From the NCBI GenBank assembly GCA_904420005.1, contig CAJFTT010000042.1:13970-77969 (forward strand): DNA of 64,000 bases, read 5' to 3'. Positions 51,773 through 62,619 of the stretch are shown here, piece after piece. The stretch's first letter is position 1, and each line of letters opens with the position of its first letter. The position numbers and the translations under genes were made by a program. Origin of the DNA: Candidatus Tabaqchalia intestinavium (GTDB lineage: Bacteria > Bacillota > Clostridia > Oscillospirales > CAJFTT01). The notes under the pieces were generated by a model that did not search any database, was not told where the DNA came from, and saw nothing but the letters and a program-made list of their open reading frames with translations.

Positions 51773-52396
51773 TTGAAAACAGCGGTTTTTGGCGGTACGT
51801 TTGATCCAATTCACCTTGGGCATGTCGCGTTGGCGCAGCATTTTTCCGAAGCGTTGCAGCCCGACCGCCTGTTGCTGATTCCGACGAGCGTTCCTCCGCA
51901 CAAGCAAGCGACACAGCTTGCCACCGGCGCGCAGCGCTTGGAAATGTGCCGTCTCGCCGCGAGGGAAATCCCGCGTTGCGAAGTATGCGACCTGGAACTG
52001 AAACGGCCAGGCAGAAGCTACACGGTCGACACATTGGAAGCGCTGCACGCAATGGGAGAAGGGGATTTCTATCTTCTCATGGGAGCGGACATGTTCCTCT
52101 CTCTGGAGCGTTGGCGTAATTTCTCGCGCATCGCCCAGCTTGCCGTATTATGCGCCGCGCCCCGGCAGGAGAAAGAATACGCCGCGTTGTGCCGGCACGC
52201 CGCGCATTTGGAGCGGCAATGGGGGGCGAGAACCTTTGTGGGGAACTTTTCTGTGCTGGAGCTTTCCTCCACGTACATCCGGCAACGGCTGAAAAGGGGA
52301 GAGCCTTGTCGGGATTTCTTGCTGCCTGCTGTTGAGACCTATATCTGTGAAAACGGGTTATACGGCGTGAAGCGTCCGTTTTCCGGCGGCGTATAA
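51773..52396 (+). CDS. nadD: Nicotinate-nucleotide adenylyltransferase
   Basis: FGGTFDPIHLGH, PPHK, SYTVDTL, MGAD, LSSTYIR. Confidence 0.95.
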   Translation: MKTAVFGGTFDPIHLGHVALAQHFSEALQPDRLLLIPTSVPPHKQATQLATGAQRLEMCRLAAREIPRCEVCDLELKRPGRSYTVDTLEALHAMGEGDFYLLMGADMFLSLERWRNFSRIAQLAVLCAAPRQEKEYAALCRHAAHLERQWGARTFVGNFSVLELSSTYIRQRLKRGEPCRDFLLPAVETYICENGLYGVKRPFSGGV

Positions 52397-52547
52397 CGTA
52401 GGACTGCCAGGCGCATAATTTTCAAAAAAGGCTCGCGCAGCGCGGGATTTTATGGTAAAATGAGGCCATTGGAAGGAAATGCGGGTCGCCGCACGGTAAA
52501 CGCCCGGCGGCTGTGGTGCGTTTCTGTCCAGGGAAGGATGAAAAACG

Positions 52548-53132
52548 ATGCAGGAAAAAATCGAAGAATGGAAGAAGATGCTGCAAGCGCGGTTAGACGC
52601 GCGGCGGTATCATCATTCTCTCTGTGTGATGGAGGAAGCGGAGCGGCTGGCACGGCAATACGGCGCGGACGTGGAGAAAGCGCGGATCGCCGGGCTACTG
52701 CACGATATGACGAAAAACGACACGGAGGAGCAGCATTTTGACGTCTTTACCCGCGGAGGGATCGAGCTGGACGAAGTGGCGCGCAGCACGAAGAAGCTGC
52801 ACCACGCTATCAGCGGCGCCTGGCGGATAGAGCATGAGCTGGGCGTGACGGATCGCGAAATCCTCGACGCCGTACGGTACCACACCACGGCGCGCGCCGG
52901 CATGACGCTGCTGGATAAAGTCCTGTACCTTGCCGATTTTGTTTCAGCGGATCGTGACTATGAAGGCGTAGAGGCGCTGCGCGCGCTGGTGCATCAAGAT
53001 TTGGAGGCCGGGCTGAGAGAGGCACTGTCTTTTTCCATTGCGGAGCTGCTGCAGAAACCCGCGCCCATTCACAGAGATACAGTGGAAGCATGGAATGCAG
53101 AAATGTTACAGCGAAAGGAGACAACGATTTGA
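52548..53132 (+). CDS. yqeK: HD-domain Ap4A hydrolase YqeK
   Basis: RYHHSLCV, AGLLHDMTK, VRYHTT, YLADF; located between nadD and rsfS. Confidence 0.92.
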   Translation: MQEKIEEWKKMLQARLDARRYHHSLCVMEEAERLARQYGADVEKARIAGLLHDMTKNDTEEQHFDVFTRGGIELDEVARSTKKLHHAISGAWRIEHELGVTDREILDAVRYHTTARAGMTLLDKVLYLADFVSADRDYEGVEALRALVHQDLEAGLREALSFSIAELLQKPAPIHRDTVEAWNAEMLQRKETTI

Positions 53133-53491
53133 TGGAAGCGCTGGAAATCGCAAAGCTGGCGGCCGGATGGCTGGACGCCAAAAAAGCGCAGGATTTGCAG
53201 GTCATCCGCGTGCGGGAGCTGACGGTGATCGCGGACTATTTCGTCCTGGCGAGCGGCACGAGCAATACGCAGGTCAAAGCGCTGGCGGATGAGGTGGAAT
53301 ATCAGTTTTCCCAGCGCGGGATTGAGCCTGCGAGAACGGAAGGCTACCGCACGGCAAGCTGGATTGCCATGGATTACGGCAGTGTGATTATTCACATTTT
53401 CCAGAAAGGCACCCGCGATTTTTATCAGCTGGAGCGCGTCTGGGCCGATGGGGAACAGGTGGATCTGTCGGAGATTATCAAACCAAATTGA
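53132..53491 (+). CDS. rsfS: Ribosome silencing factor
   Basis: DAKKAQD, ADYFVLASG.S..QV, WIAMDYGSVIIHIF, RDFYQLERVW. Confidence 0.95.
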   Translation: MEALEIAKLAAGWLDAKKAQDLQVIRVRELTVIADYFVLASGTSNTQVKALADEVEYQFSQRGIEPARTEGYRTASWIAMDYGSVIIHIFQKGTRDFYQLERVWADGEQVDLSEIIKPN

Positions 53492-53515
53492 GCAAAAACA
53501 GGGGAGAAACCGAAG

Positions 53516-55930
53516 ATGAAAAACGACGTGACGAAATACGATTTCAAGGCGATCGAACAAAAATGGCAGAAAATCTGGGATGAAAAGCAGGCTTTTGCCG
53601 CCAAGCAGGATTTTTCTCTGCCGAAGTTTTACGGTCTGGTGGAGTTCCCGTATCCTTCGGGCGCGGGACTGCATGTCGGGCATCCGCGCTCGTATACGGC
53701 GCTGGACATCATCTGCCGGAAAAAGCGGCTGGAAGGCTTCAATGTGCTCTACCCGATGGGATGGGATGCGTTCGGCCTGCCGACGGAGAATTTCGCGATC
53801 AAAAATAAAATTCATCCCGCGATCGTGACGGAAAAAAACGTCGCGCGTTTCAAGCAGCAGCTGCGTTCGCTGGGTCTGTCGTTTGACTGGGCGCGGGAAA
53901 TCAACACTACAGATCCCAGCTATTATAAATGGACCCAGTGGATTTTCCTGCAGATGTACAAGCACGGTCTGGCCTATAAGAAAAAGATGACGGTCAACTT
54001 CTGCACATCCTGCAAGGTGGTGCTGGCGAACGAGGAGGTCGTCAACGGCGTGTGCGAGCGCTGCGGCAGCCCTGTCATCCAGAAGGAGAAAAGTCAATGG
54101 ATGCTCGCCATTACCAAATACGCCCAGCGCCTGCTGGACGATCTGGACCAGGTGGATTACATCGACCGCGTCAAGCTGCAGCAGCGCAACTGGATCGGCC
54201 GCTCGACCGGTGCGGAGGTGCGTTTTGAGACGACGCAGGGCGACACGCTGACCGTTTTCACCACACGGCCGGATACGCTGTTCGGCGCGACGTACATGGT
54301 CATCGCACCGGAACATCCTTTCCTGAAAAAATGGAAGATCGATAACCGTGCCGAGGTGGAAGCATATCAGGAACAGGCCGCGCATAAGAGCGATTTTGAC
54401 CGGACGGAAATGGCCAAGGAGAAGACCGGCGTACGCCTGGAAGGCGTGCGAGCGATCAACCCCGTCAACGGCCGGGAAATCCCGATTTTTGTCTCTGACT
54501 ATGTGCTGATTACCTACGGGACCGGCGCCATCATGGCGGTGCCGGCGCATGACACCCGCGACTGGGAGTTCGCCAAAAAATTTGACCTGCCTATCATCGA
54601 GGTGGTGCAGGGCGGCGACGTGCAGCAGGAAGCGTTCACCGATTGCGAGACCGGCGTGATGGTCAATTCCGGTTTCCTCGATGGCTTGTCTGTGGAGGAA
54701 GCTAAAAAGAAAATGATCGACTGGCTCACCGAAAAGGGGCTGGGAGAGCAGAAAGTCAATTTCAAGCTGCGCGACTGGGTGTTCTCGCGTCAGCGTTATT
54801 GGGGCGAGCCGATCCCGATGGTCTGGTGCGAAAAGTGCGGCTGGGTGCCTGTGCCGGAGTCCGAGCTGCCGCTGACGCTGCCTGAGGTTGAGTCCTATGA
54901 GCCGACGGACAACGGCGAATCGCCGCTGTCAGCGCTGGACGATTGGGTCAACACGACCTGTCCGCACTGCCACGGTCCGGCCAAGCGCGAAACGGATACC
55001 ATGCCGCAGTGGGCGGGTTCCTCCTGGTATTTCCTGCGCTATACCGATCCGCATAACGACACCGCGCCCGCCTCCAAAGAGGCGCTGGAATATTGGCTGC
55101 CCGTCGACTGGTATAACGGCGGCATGGAACACACCACGTTGCATTTGCTTTACAGCCGGTTCTGGCATAAATTCCTTTACGACATCGGCGTTGTGCCGAC
55201 TTGTGAGCCGTATGCCAAGCGCACTTCGCACGGCATGATCCTGGGCGAAAACGGCGAGAAGATGAGCAAGTCGAAGGGGAACGTCGTCAACCCCGACGAG
55301 ATCGTCGCGACCTATGGCGCGGATACGATGCGCCTGTATGAGATGTTCATCGGCGACTTTGAGAAATCTGCCCCCTGGTCGTCCGACAGTATCCGGGGAT
55401 GCAAGCGGTTCCTCGACCGTACGTTTGCGTTGCTGGGAATGCTGGAAGCGGGCGACGATTATTCCGCCGCGCTGGAAAGCAGCATGCATAAAACCATCAA
55501 AAAGGTCACGGATGACATCGGCAGCATGAAGTTCAACACCGCCATCGCTTCGATGATGGCGCTGATCAATGAGATTTACGACAAGGGCAGCCTGAATCAC
55601 GCTGAGCTGCGTACGTTCCTGCTGCTGCTCAATCCGTTTGCGCCGCATATCACGGAAGAAATGTGGGAGCGCGCGGGTTTTGCCGGCATGGTGTTTGAGC
55701 AGCGCTGGCCGCAATATGACGAAAGCAAGACAAAGGATGCCATGGTCGAGATCGCGGTGCAGGTCTGCGGCAAGCTGCGCGCGACTGTAACGGTGCCGGC
55801 GGATTGCGACAAAGAAACGGCCATTGCCATCGCGCGGGCGGAGGAAAAGGTTGCGTCCGCAGTGAACGGCAAGACCACGGTAAAGGAGATTTACGTCCCG
55901 GGCCGTCTGGTGAATCTGGTGGTCCGTTGA
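53516..55930 (+). CDS. leuS: Leucyl-tRNA synthetase
   Basis: [50 protein letters not shown]. Confidence 0.97.
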   Translation: MKNDVTKYDFKAIEQKWQKIWDEKQAFAAKQDFSLPKFYGLVEFPYPSGAGLHVGHPRSYTALDIICRKKRLEGFNVLYPMGWDAFGLPTENFAIKNKIHPAIVTEKNVARFKQQLRSLGLSFDWAREINTTDPSYYKWTQWIFLQMYKHGLAYKKKMTVNFCTSCKVVLANEEVVNGVCERCGSPVIQKEKSQWMLAITKYAQRLLDDLDQVDYIDRVKLQQRNWIGRSTGAEVRFETTQGDTLTVFTTRPDTLFGATYMVIAPEHPFLKKWKIDNRAEVEAYQEQAAHKSDFDRTEMAKEKTGVRLEGVRAINPVNGREIPIFVSDYVLITYGTGAIMAVPAHDTRDWEFAKKFDLPIIEVVQGGDVQQEAFTDCETGVMVNSGFLDGLSVEEAKKKMIDWLTEKGLGEQKVNFKLRDWVFSRQRYWGEPIPMVWCEKCGWVPVPESELPLTLPEVESYEPTDNGESPLSALDDWVNTTCPHCHGPAKRETDTMPQWAGSSWYFLRYTDPHNDTAPASKEALEYWLPVDWYNGGMEHTTLHLLYSRFWHKFLYDIGVVPTCEPYAKRTSHGMILGENGEKMSKSKGNVVNPDEIVATYGADTMRLYEMFIGDFEKSAPWSSDSIRGCKRFLDRTFALLGMLEAGDDYSAALESSMHKTIKKVTDDIGSMKFNTAIASMMALINEIYDKGSLNHAELRTFLLLLNPFAPHITEEMWERAGFAGMVFEQRWPQYDESKTKDAMVEIAVQVCGKLRATVTVPADCDKETAIAIARAEEKVASAVNGKTTVKEIYVPGRLVNLVVR

Positions 55931-55966
55931 CAACACTGGCGAGGAACAGGAGGGAACACGGGCGGA

Positions 55967-56737
55967 ATGTATCAAGAAGAGATTATGGTGCGCTATAGCG
56001 ACAGTGACAGCGACGGGCAATGCAGCCTGCTGTCGATGGTGAATTATTTGCAAGATGTGGCAACCGATCATTCAGATGCGGTCGGTTACTCTATAAAAGC
56101 ACTGCGGGAGCTCAACGTGTTTTGGGCGTTGCTCGTGTGGCGAATTGAACTTAACCGCTTCCCACGTTATTTGGACCGCATTACTGTGCGCACCTTCACC
56201 AATCAGCTGAATCGCTGCTTTTCCACGCGTGGTTTTGATATTCTGGACGCCGATGGTACTGTGATCGGACTTGCAGCATCCCGCTGGGTAATGTGCAATG
56301 CAACGACCTTTCATGTGATGAAGATCCTGGAAGGAATGCCGGAAACCTATGGCAGGGATGATTACATGCCGCTTGAGCCGCCTAAGATTACGGGCCGGGA
56401 AATTGCAGAGCTTGCCCTGCAGGAACACAGTCGCATTCGGGTTTCCCGACGGGATATTGATACAAACGGGCATGTCAACAACGCCAGTTATGTGGCGTAC
56501 GCGCTCGACGCGCTGCCGGACGACGGCGTCGACATGCGCACGTTGGAGGTGCATTACCGCTCCGCGGCATATCTGGGGGATACGCTGGTGATCAAAAGCG
56601 GCTGGGTGGAAGATCGTTATGCGGTTGGCCTTTACACGCCGGCGGGAGAACTTCGCGTGCTGTGCTATTTCGGCGGCGCACGAAGTGCAGGCAGTGTTGG
56701 GACCGATAAAGAGACACCATCTTACGAGCGTATATAA
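55967..56737 (+). CDS. Acyl-ACP thioesterase (double hot-dog fold)
   Basis: VRYSDSD, YLQDVATDH, RFPRY, RRDIDTNGHVNNASY. Confidence 0.87.
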   Translation: MYQEEIMVRYSDSDSDGQCSLLSMVNYLQDVATDHSDAVGYSIKALRELNVFWALLVWRIELNRFPRYLDRITVRTFTNQLNRCFSTRGFDILDADGTVIGLAASRWVMCNATTFHVMKILEGMPETYGRDDYMPLEPPKITGREIAELALQEHSRIRVSRRDIDTNGHVNNASYVAYALDALPDDGVDMRTLEVHYRSAAYLGDTLVIKSGWVEDRYAVGLYTPAGELRVLCYFGGARSAGSVGTDKETPSYERI

Positions 56738-56905
56738 ATGCGGAGTCAGGCTCTCTTGGTTTGACCGTAAAAATCGGTAGACAGCTGTGAAGCAGGCGGT
56801 AGGCCAGGTTGGTTTGTTGCGGCCCCGCCTGCCGTTATATTTTCGAGAGACAGTCCGCATGGTGGAAACTAGAATATTGCCCTGTTAGAGGGGGAGGAGA
56901 ATCCG

Positions 56906-57772
56906 ATGGATAACGTCTATGTGCAGTGGTTTCCGGGGCATATGACCAAAACACGCCGTCAGATGGAAAAACGGCTCTCGCAGATCGACGCAGTTGCAGA
57001 AATCCTCGATGCCCGCATTCCGCTGAGCAGCCGCAATCCCGATCTGGACGAGCTGGTGAAGGATAAGCCGCGGCTTATCCTGCTCAACAAAGCCGATCTC
57101 GCTGACGAAGCGCAGAGCGAACGTTGGGTGCAATATTTTCGGCAGCAGGGTTGCTCTGCCATTAAAGTTTCCTGTCAAAACCATGTGGGAATTCAGGAAT
57201 TTCAAGCGCGTGTCAAGGAAGTGCTGGCGGAAAAGCTGGCGGCATACCGAGAAAAAGGGATGGTCGGCCGCAGTATTAAGGTGATGGTGGCAGGCATCCC
57301 CAATGTGGGGAAATCCACTTTTATTAATCGGCTCGCCGGCGGCGCCAGGCTCAAAACGGCCGACCGCCCCGGTGTGACGCGCGGCGAGCAGTGGATCAAT
57401 CTCGGCAACGGCATCGAGCTGCTTGATACCCCCGGCGTTCTTTGGCCGAAGTTTGACGATCCGCGCGTCGGAGAAATGCTGGCGTTCACGGGCGCTGTTC
57501 GAGACGCGGTGGTTGACGTGGAACATCTGGCGGTGCGCCTGCTCGAGCTGCTGCTCGCACAGTATCCGTCTCTGGTCGCGCAGCGATACGAGGTGTCGCT
57601 GGAGTATGATGCGTTTGTGTTTGAAGTGCTGGAACGAATCGCACGCAAACGCGGATTTCTGCAAAAGGGTGGTGTGCCGAACACAGAACGCGCGGCCGTT
57701 ATGCTGCTGGATGAATTCCGCGGCGGCAAGCTGGGGCGGATCACGCTCGAGCAGGCGCCTATGCAGGAATAA
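56906..57772 (+). CDS. rbgA: Ribosome biogenesis GTPase YlqF/RbgA
   Basis: [46 protein letters not shown]. Confidence 0.96.
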   Translation: MDNVYVQWFPGHMTKTRRQMEKRLSQIDAVAEILDARIPLSSRNPDLDELVKDKPRLILLNKADLADEAQSERWVQYFRQQGCSAIKVSCQNHVGIQEFQARVKEVLAEKLAAYREKGMVGRSIKVMVAGIPNVGKSTFINRLAGGARLKTADRPGVTRGEQWINLGNGIELLDTPGVLWPKFDDPRVGEMLAFTGAVRDAVVDVEHLAVRLLELLLAQYPSLVAQRYEVSLEYDAFVFEVLERIARKRGFLQKGGVPNTERAAVMLLDEFRGGKLGRITLEQAPMQE

Positions 57773-57789
57773 GAAACGAAAAGGGGAGA

Positions 57790-58410
57790 ATGGCCGTGTG
57801 GGAATTTGAAACGCAGGAACGGGCAGCGGGCCGAACGTTGCTCTGCGGCGTGGATGAAGCGGGCCGGGGATCTTTGGCGGGGCCCGTTTGTGCAGCGGCG
57901 GTAATCTTGCCGTTTGAAGTGGAGATTCCGGGGCTGAATGATTCCAAAAAGCTCTCCGAGGCCAGACGAGAGCGTTTATTTCCGGAAATTCAGGAGAAAG
58001 CGTTGGCTTTTTCCATTGCATTCGCCCAGGTGGAGGAAATTGAAGAATATAATATTCTCGGCGCCACTATGCGTGCTATGCAACGAGCTGTAAAGGGGCT
58101 TAACATTACGCCAGAGCTTGTACTGGTGGATGGTAATCGAGCCCCGGATTTTGGAATTCCTGCCCGGACGATCGTCAAGGGGGACGCGCGCAGTGCCAGT
58201 ATCGCAGCGGCTTCCATTCTGGCGAAAGTATCTCGTGACCGGTTGATGCGCGAACTGGATGCAAAGTACCCTCAATATGGGTTTGCTAAACATAAAGGCT
58301 ATGGGACGGCAGCGCATTATGCCGCGCTGCAGGAATATGGCCTGTGTCCTGAGCATCGCCCCAGTTTCTTAAAAAATCTGGCGGCGCATGCTGGGAATGG
58401 CAATACGTAG
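57790..58410 (+). CDS. rnhB: Ribonuclease HII
   Basis: [45 protein letters not shown]. Confidence 0.96.
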   Translation: MAVWEFETQERAAGRTLLCGVDEAGRGSLAGPVCAAAVILPFEVEIPGLNDSKKLSEARRERLFPEIQEKALAFSIAFAQVEEIEEYNILGATMRAMQRAVKGLNITPELVLVDGNRAPDFGIPARTIVKGDARSASIAAASILAKVSRDRLMRELDAKYPQYGFAKHKGYGTAAHYAALQEYGLCPEHRPSFLKNLAAHAGNGNT

Positions 58411-58820
58411 ATGAAAAACAAGGCGGATACTGCTTGTTTTTATATTCCTCGGTAGATTAGGGAAATTTAGGCTTTATGTGATGTCGAACAAGACGGCCAG
58501 CTGTGCTTTCCTCGTCTGTTAGAGTTAGTGTGACTGCCTTGTCAGCCCGTTTTTGATCTAAAAACGCTGCGGATTTATCGGTGGGGGCGGAGAGGCCGCT
58601 GCCTGACAGTGGGCTGACAGGAGATCGGATCCACGGCCATTCTAGCTGTGTCGAGCGTGTTGTCTCTTACCTGCTGAGGCCATTTTATGCAGTTTGTACA
58701 AAGAAGAAGGATGATTTCATTCATCCTTCTATTATTTTTTCCTTTTTCCATTGTTTTCCCGGCTTGCTTATGTTACACTGAGCGAAAGAACACTGGTAGG
58801 ACTATGCGAGGAGGGATTGG

Positions 58821-61775
58821 ATGGAACTGAAGCAGTTTTGCAAGGAAATTGAGACGAACGCGCAGCAGTTTGGCAGTATACCGTTCTGGAGCTGGAACGA
58901 TAAACTGGAACCGGAAGAACTTCGCCGGCAGATTCGTCGGATGAAGGAGCTGGGGATGGGCGCGTTTTTCATGCATGCGCGCGGCGGTTTGGAGACCGGG
59001 TATCTGCAAGACGACTGGTTTGAAGCGGTGCATACCTGCGTGGAGGAAGCGAAAAAGCTCGGGATGCAGGCGTGGGCTTATGATGAAAACGGGTGGCCGA
59101 GCGGCTTTGCGGGCGGCGCGCTGCTGGAGGACCCGAAAAATCATGCCACCTATTTGGAGTTTGCCAGGAGCCGGACGTTTCCCGAAGATGCGCTGGCGGT
59201 GTACGTTCTGCAAGGGGAGATACCGCGCCGAGTCATAGAGGAGATACCAGATACGCAGGAGTATCTGGCGGTTTTTCAACGGTATGACAGCTCTTATGTC
59301 GACACGATGGATGCCCGCATCACGCGGTTGTTTTTGCAGCATACGCACGAAGTCTATAAGCAGCGCGTGGCGGAAGAGGACTGGGGAACAGTTATGCCCG
59401 GTTTCTTCACGGACGAGCCGCAGTATTATCGCTGGGCAACGCCATATTCCAACACGTTCCCAGAGCAGTTTTCCCAACGGTATGGTTATGATCTGTTCGA
59501 GCGGCTGCCGGCGCTGTTTGTGGATTTCCCCGGAGCGGAAGAGTTCCGTTACGATTATTATCTGCTGTGCCACACGCAGTTTATCGAGAATTTCATCCAT
59601 GTGCTTTACGACTGGTGCGAAGAGAATGGCTGCCAGCTGACTGGGCACGCCGTGGAAGAGGGGAACCTATTCGCGCAGATGTGGTGCTGCGGCGGCATTA
59701 TGCCGTTTTATCAATACGAGCACATCCCCGGGATTGATCAGCTCGGGCGCTTCTGTGCGCGGGACTTTGCCGTTCGGCAGATGAGTTCTGTCAGCGCGCA
59801 GACGGGCAAGGAAAAAACCATTTCCGAAATGTTCGGCTGCTGTGGCTGGGACGTTACGCCCGTGGAGCTGAAAAAAGTTGCCGAGTCTCAATATGTCAAC
59901 GGCGTCAATCTCATGTGCCAGCATTTGTACGCATATTCCATCCGCGGGCAGCGCAAGCGCGATTATCCCGCGACCTATTCCGAGCATTTGCCCTGGCAGG
60001 CGCATCTGGCGACGTTTGAACGCTATTTCAGCCGGCTCGGTTATGTGCTCTCGCGCGGTACAGAAGCGGTGCGTACGCTTGTTCTCCATCCGATTCACAG
60101 CGCTTATCTGCACTTCAAGCGCGATAATGACTACGGTTCAATCAAGGAACTGGAGGATAAATACGGCGCCCTTTCCGACATGCTGTCCTCCCGGCAGATC
60201 GCCTACCATTTCGGCGACGAAACCATGCTCGCCTCGCTTGGCAGCGTAGAGGGAACCCGGCTTCGCTTGGGCCTTTGCAGTTATGATTACGTGATTTTGC
60301 CTTATACGGAAACAATAGACCATACGACGGCGCAGCTGCTGCGGGAATATCTGGCGGCAGGCGGCAAGCTATGGATGTATGACCGCGCGCCGGACCGCAT
60401 AGACGGGCGCAAGGCGGATCTGTCTTGGCTGCAGGCCAACTGCACGCTCGAGGAGATCGAGAATGCGCAGGAAGCGAGCCTGCGTACCCCGGACGGGAAG
60501 ACGCTTCCCACGATCCGGCAAATGGTACGGGAAACGGAGAACGGCCGCATTTTCTTCCTCACAAACCTCTCGGACGAGGTATTGCCGGAGGTACAAATGA
60601 CAATATCCGCCTGCCGCGGCCTGTCCTGCCTGGATCTGCAAACAATGCAGGAAACGCCGGTGTTCTACAAGAAGGAAGGGCAGCGTCTGACAGCGACGCT
60701 TTCCTTCCAGTCGGCGGAATCTTTCGTCCTTCTGGAGACGGACGCCGCCTCGGCTGTCCGCCCGCCGCGCGCGCCGGAGGTCCTCTCGCTGCCGTCCGAT
60801 TTCCATTTTACTTCTCTGCCGGAAAACTGGCTGACGCTCGACACCGCGGAGATCTCTTACGACGGGGGCGTCACGTATGAACCCGCGCGGCCGGTGATGT
60901 TGCTGAAAGATCTGTTGCTGCGCAACCGTTACGAGGGCGAGGTGACCCTGCGTTTTACCTTTTTTGCCCAGACCGTGCCGGAGTCGTTGTTTGCGGTCTT
61001 TGAGCCGCTGCGCTATAGCCGAATTTCCTGCAATGGGATGATCTTGCAGCCGGAAAACGCTATGTGGCGTCTGGATCGTTCTTTCCGTTGCGTCGATCTG
61101 CACAAGGCAGTGCATGAAGGGGAAAATACGCTGGAATTTACATTTTCCTATTGGCAGCGTCCCTATGTGTACCACGTGTTGTATGGCGGCGTTTCGGAAT
61201 CGCTGCGTAACTGCCTTTCCTTTGATACGGAAATCGAATGTGTGTATCTCTGCGGGGCTTTCTGCGTCGCGATGCCGGATGGAGAAGTTCGATGGGACGA
61301 GCGCGAAAGTCGTATCTATGCGGGAACTTTCGCGTTGTGTCCGCAGAAAAAGGAAATTGATCTCCGTGACGTTGTGACAGACGGGTACCCGTTTTTTGCC
61401 GGCAATCTTTCGGTGGAAGCGACGCTTATGTGGCAGCCGGAACAAGCAACGGCGCTGCGTTTGTCTGGTCGCTATTGCGTATGCGAAGTATCGCTCAACG
61501 GCCATCCGGTGGAAAAGTCCCTGTTCTCGCCTTATGTGGAGCTTTCGGAGGCGCTTGTCCCCGGCGAAAACCGTCTTTGCCTGCGGCTGTACAATTCCAA
61601 TCGCAACTTGATGGGACCGCATCATTTCCCGGACCCGGAGCCCTATTCCGTGGGACCGTGGACCTTCTCGTGCGAAAACAGCTGGAAAGACGAGCGATGC
61701 GACGCGTATTTGCCGGAACGGTATTCGTTTGTGCGTTTCGGCCTTGATCTGCCGAACCCGGAGAAGGAAGCCTGA
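58821..61775 (+). CDS. Large glycoside hydrolase (GH106/alpha-L-rhamnosidase-like TIM barrel plus sugar-binding domain)
   Basis: PFWSWND, FMHARGGL, AYDENGWPSGFAGG, GFFTDEPQY, PGIDQL, SEMFGCCGW, RGQRKRDYP; substrate not determinable from sequence. Confidence 0.75.
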   Translation: MELKQFCKEIETNAQQFGSIPFWSWNDKLEPEELRRQIRRMKELGMGAFFMHARGGLETGYLQDDWFEAVHTCVEEAKKLGMQAWAYDENGWPSGFAGGALLEDPKNHATYLEFARSRTFPEDALAVYVLQGEIPRRVIEEIPDTQEYLAVFQRYDSSYVDTMDARITRLFLQHTHEVYKQRVAEEDWGTVMPGFFTDEPQYYRWATPYSNTFPEQFSQRYGYDLFERLPALFVDFPGAEEFRYDYYLLCHTQFIENFIHVLYDWCEENGCQLTGHAVEEGNLFAQMWCCGGIMPFYQYEHIPGIDQLGRFCARDFAVRQMSSVSAQTGKEKTISEMFGCCGWDVTPVELKKVAESQYVNGVNLMCQHLYAYSIRGQRKRDYPATYSEHLPWQAHLATFERYFSRLGYVLSRGTEAVRTLVLHPIHSAYLHFKRDNDYGSIKELEDKYGALSDMLSSRQIAYHFGDETMLASLGSVEGTRLRLGLCSYDYVILPYTETIDHTTAQLLREYLAAGGKLWMYDRAPDRIDGRKADLSWLQANCTLEEIENAQEASLRTPDGKTLPTIRQMVRETENGRIFFLTNLSDEVLPEVQMTISACRGLSCLDLQTMQETPVFYKKEGQRLTATLSFQSAESFVLLETDAASAVRPPRAPEVLSLPSDFHFTSLPENWLTLDTAEISYDGGVTYEPARPVMLLKDLLLRNRYEGEVTLRFTFFAQTVPESLFAVFEPLRYSRISCNGMILQPENAMWRLDRSFRCVDLHKAVHEGENTLEFTFSYWQRPYVYHVLYGGVSESLRNCLSFDTEIECVYLCGAFCVAMPDGEVRWDERESRIYAGTFALCPQKKEIDLRDVVTDGYPFFAGNLSVEATLMWQPEQATALRLSGRYCVCEVSLNGHPVEKSLFSPYVELSEALVPGENRLCLRLYNSNRNLMGPHHFPDPEPYSVGPWTFSCENSWKDERCDAYLPERYSFVRFGLDLPNPEKEA

Positions 61776-61792
61776 AAGGGGAGACACTTGCT

Positions 61793-62515
61793 TTGTATAC
61801 CGGAGAAGACTATCTCGCGCTGCAGAGTCGATTGCGGGAACTGGCGGACGAAAAATTCCGATCCTTCAACGAGAGCCTGATTCCCGGTACAGAGGGCAGT
61901 TTGGGCGTGCGTGTGCCGCAGCTGCGCGCCATAGCGAAAACGATCGCCGGGACAGAGGACTGGCGCGGATATCTGGCCGTTGCGCAGGACGGGACGCTGG
62001 AGGAACGTCTGCTGCAGGGTATGGTGATTGGCGCCGCCCGCTGCGAATATACTGAGCGGCTGCAGAGAATCGCCTGGTTCGTGCCGAAAATCAACAATTG
62101 GGCTGTGTGCGACGTGTTTTGCGCGTCACTCAAAGACACCGCGCGCCATCGGGCGGAGATGTGGGAGTTTTTGCAGCCGTATCTCGCCGCGACGCAAGCA
62201 TTTTCTCTTCGCTTTGCCTGTGTGATGCTGCTGGACTATTTTGTCACGCCGGACTATATCGGCAGGACGCTCGAATGTTTGGGCGGCGTCCGGCATACGG
62301 ACTATTACGTCAAAATGGCCGTGGCGTGGGCGCTGTCGGTCTGCTTTGTCAAGCAGCGGGCGGAGACGATGCGCTTCTTGCAGGCGCATCCGCTCGAGGA
62401 AGAGATCCGGCATAAAACTGTACGCAAGATCTGCGAATCCCGGCGCGTGGCGCAGGACGACAAGCAGCTGCTGCGCCAGTGGGATAAATCACCGGACAGC
62501 ACACTGCTTCTTTGA
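61793..62515 (+). CDS. DNA alkylation repair protein (AlkD-like HEAT-repeat family)
   Basis: GVRVPQLR.IAK, INNWAVCD, YYVKMAVAWALS. Confidence 0.85.
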   Translation: MYTGEDYLALQSRLRELADEKFRSFNESLIPGTEGSLGVRVPQLRAIAKTIAGTEDWRGYLAVAQDGTLEERLLQGMVIGAARCEYTERLQRIAWFVPKINNWAVCDVFCASLKDTARHRAEMWEFLQPYLAATQAFSLRFACVMLLDYFVTPDYIGRTLECLGGVRHTDYYVKMAVAWALSVCFVKQRAETMRFLQAHPLEEEIRHKTVRKICESRRVAQDDKQLLRQWDKSPDSTLLL

Positions 62516-62556
62516 ACGGCAGGAAAACCATGCGCTGGCCGTGCAGACAGAAATAT

Positions 62557-62599
62557 AGAAGCCCCGCCATTGCCATATTGCTGCAACGGCGGGGCTTCT
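62557..62599. terminator. Bidirectional terminator between the alkD-like gene and pdaB
   Basis: AGAAGCCCCGCCATTGC...GCAACGGCGGGGCTTCT inverted repeat. Confidence 0.75.
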
Positions 62600-62619
62600 T
62601 GCTATAATCGGAACCCGGA

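Noticed and set aside
53492-53515. Expected T-box leader upstream of leuS
   Set aside because: Only 24 nt between rsfS and leuS; no T-box motif present.
62563-62575. GGCAATGGCGG on the minus strand, resembling the ANTAR loop
   Set aside because: Part of the terminator stem between convergent genes, not in a leader.
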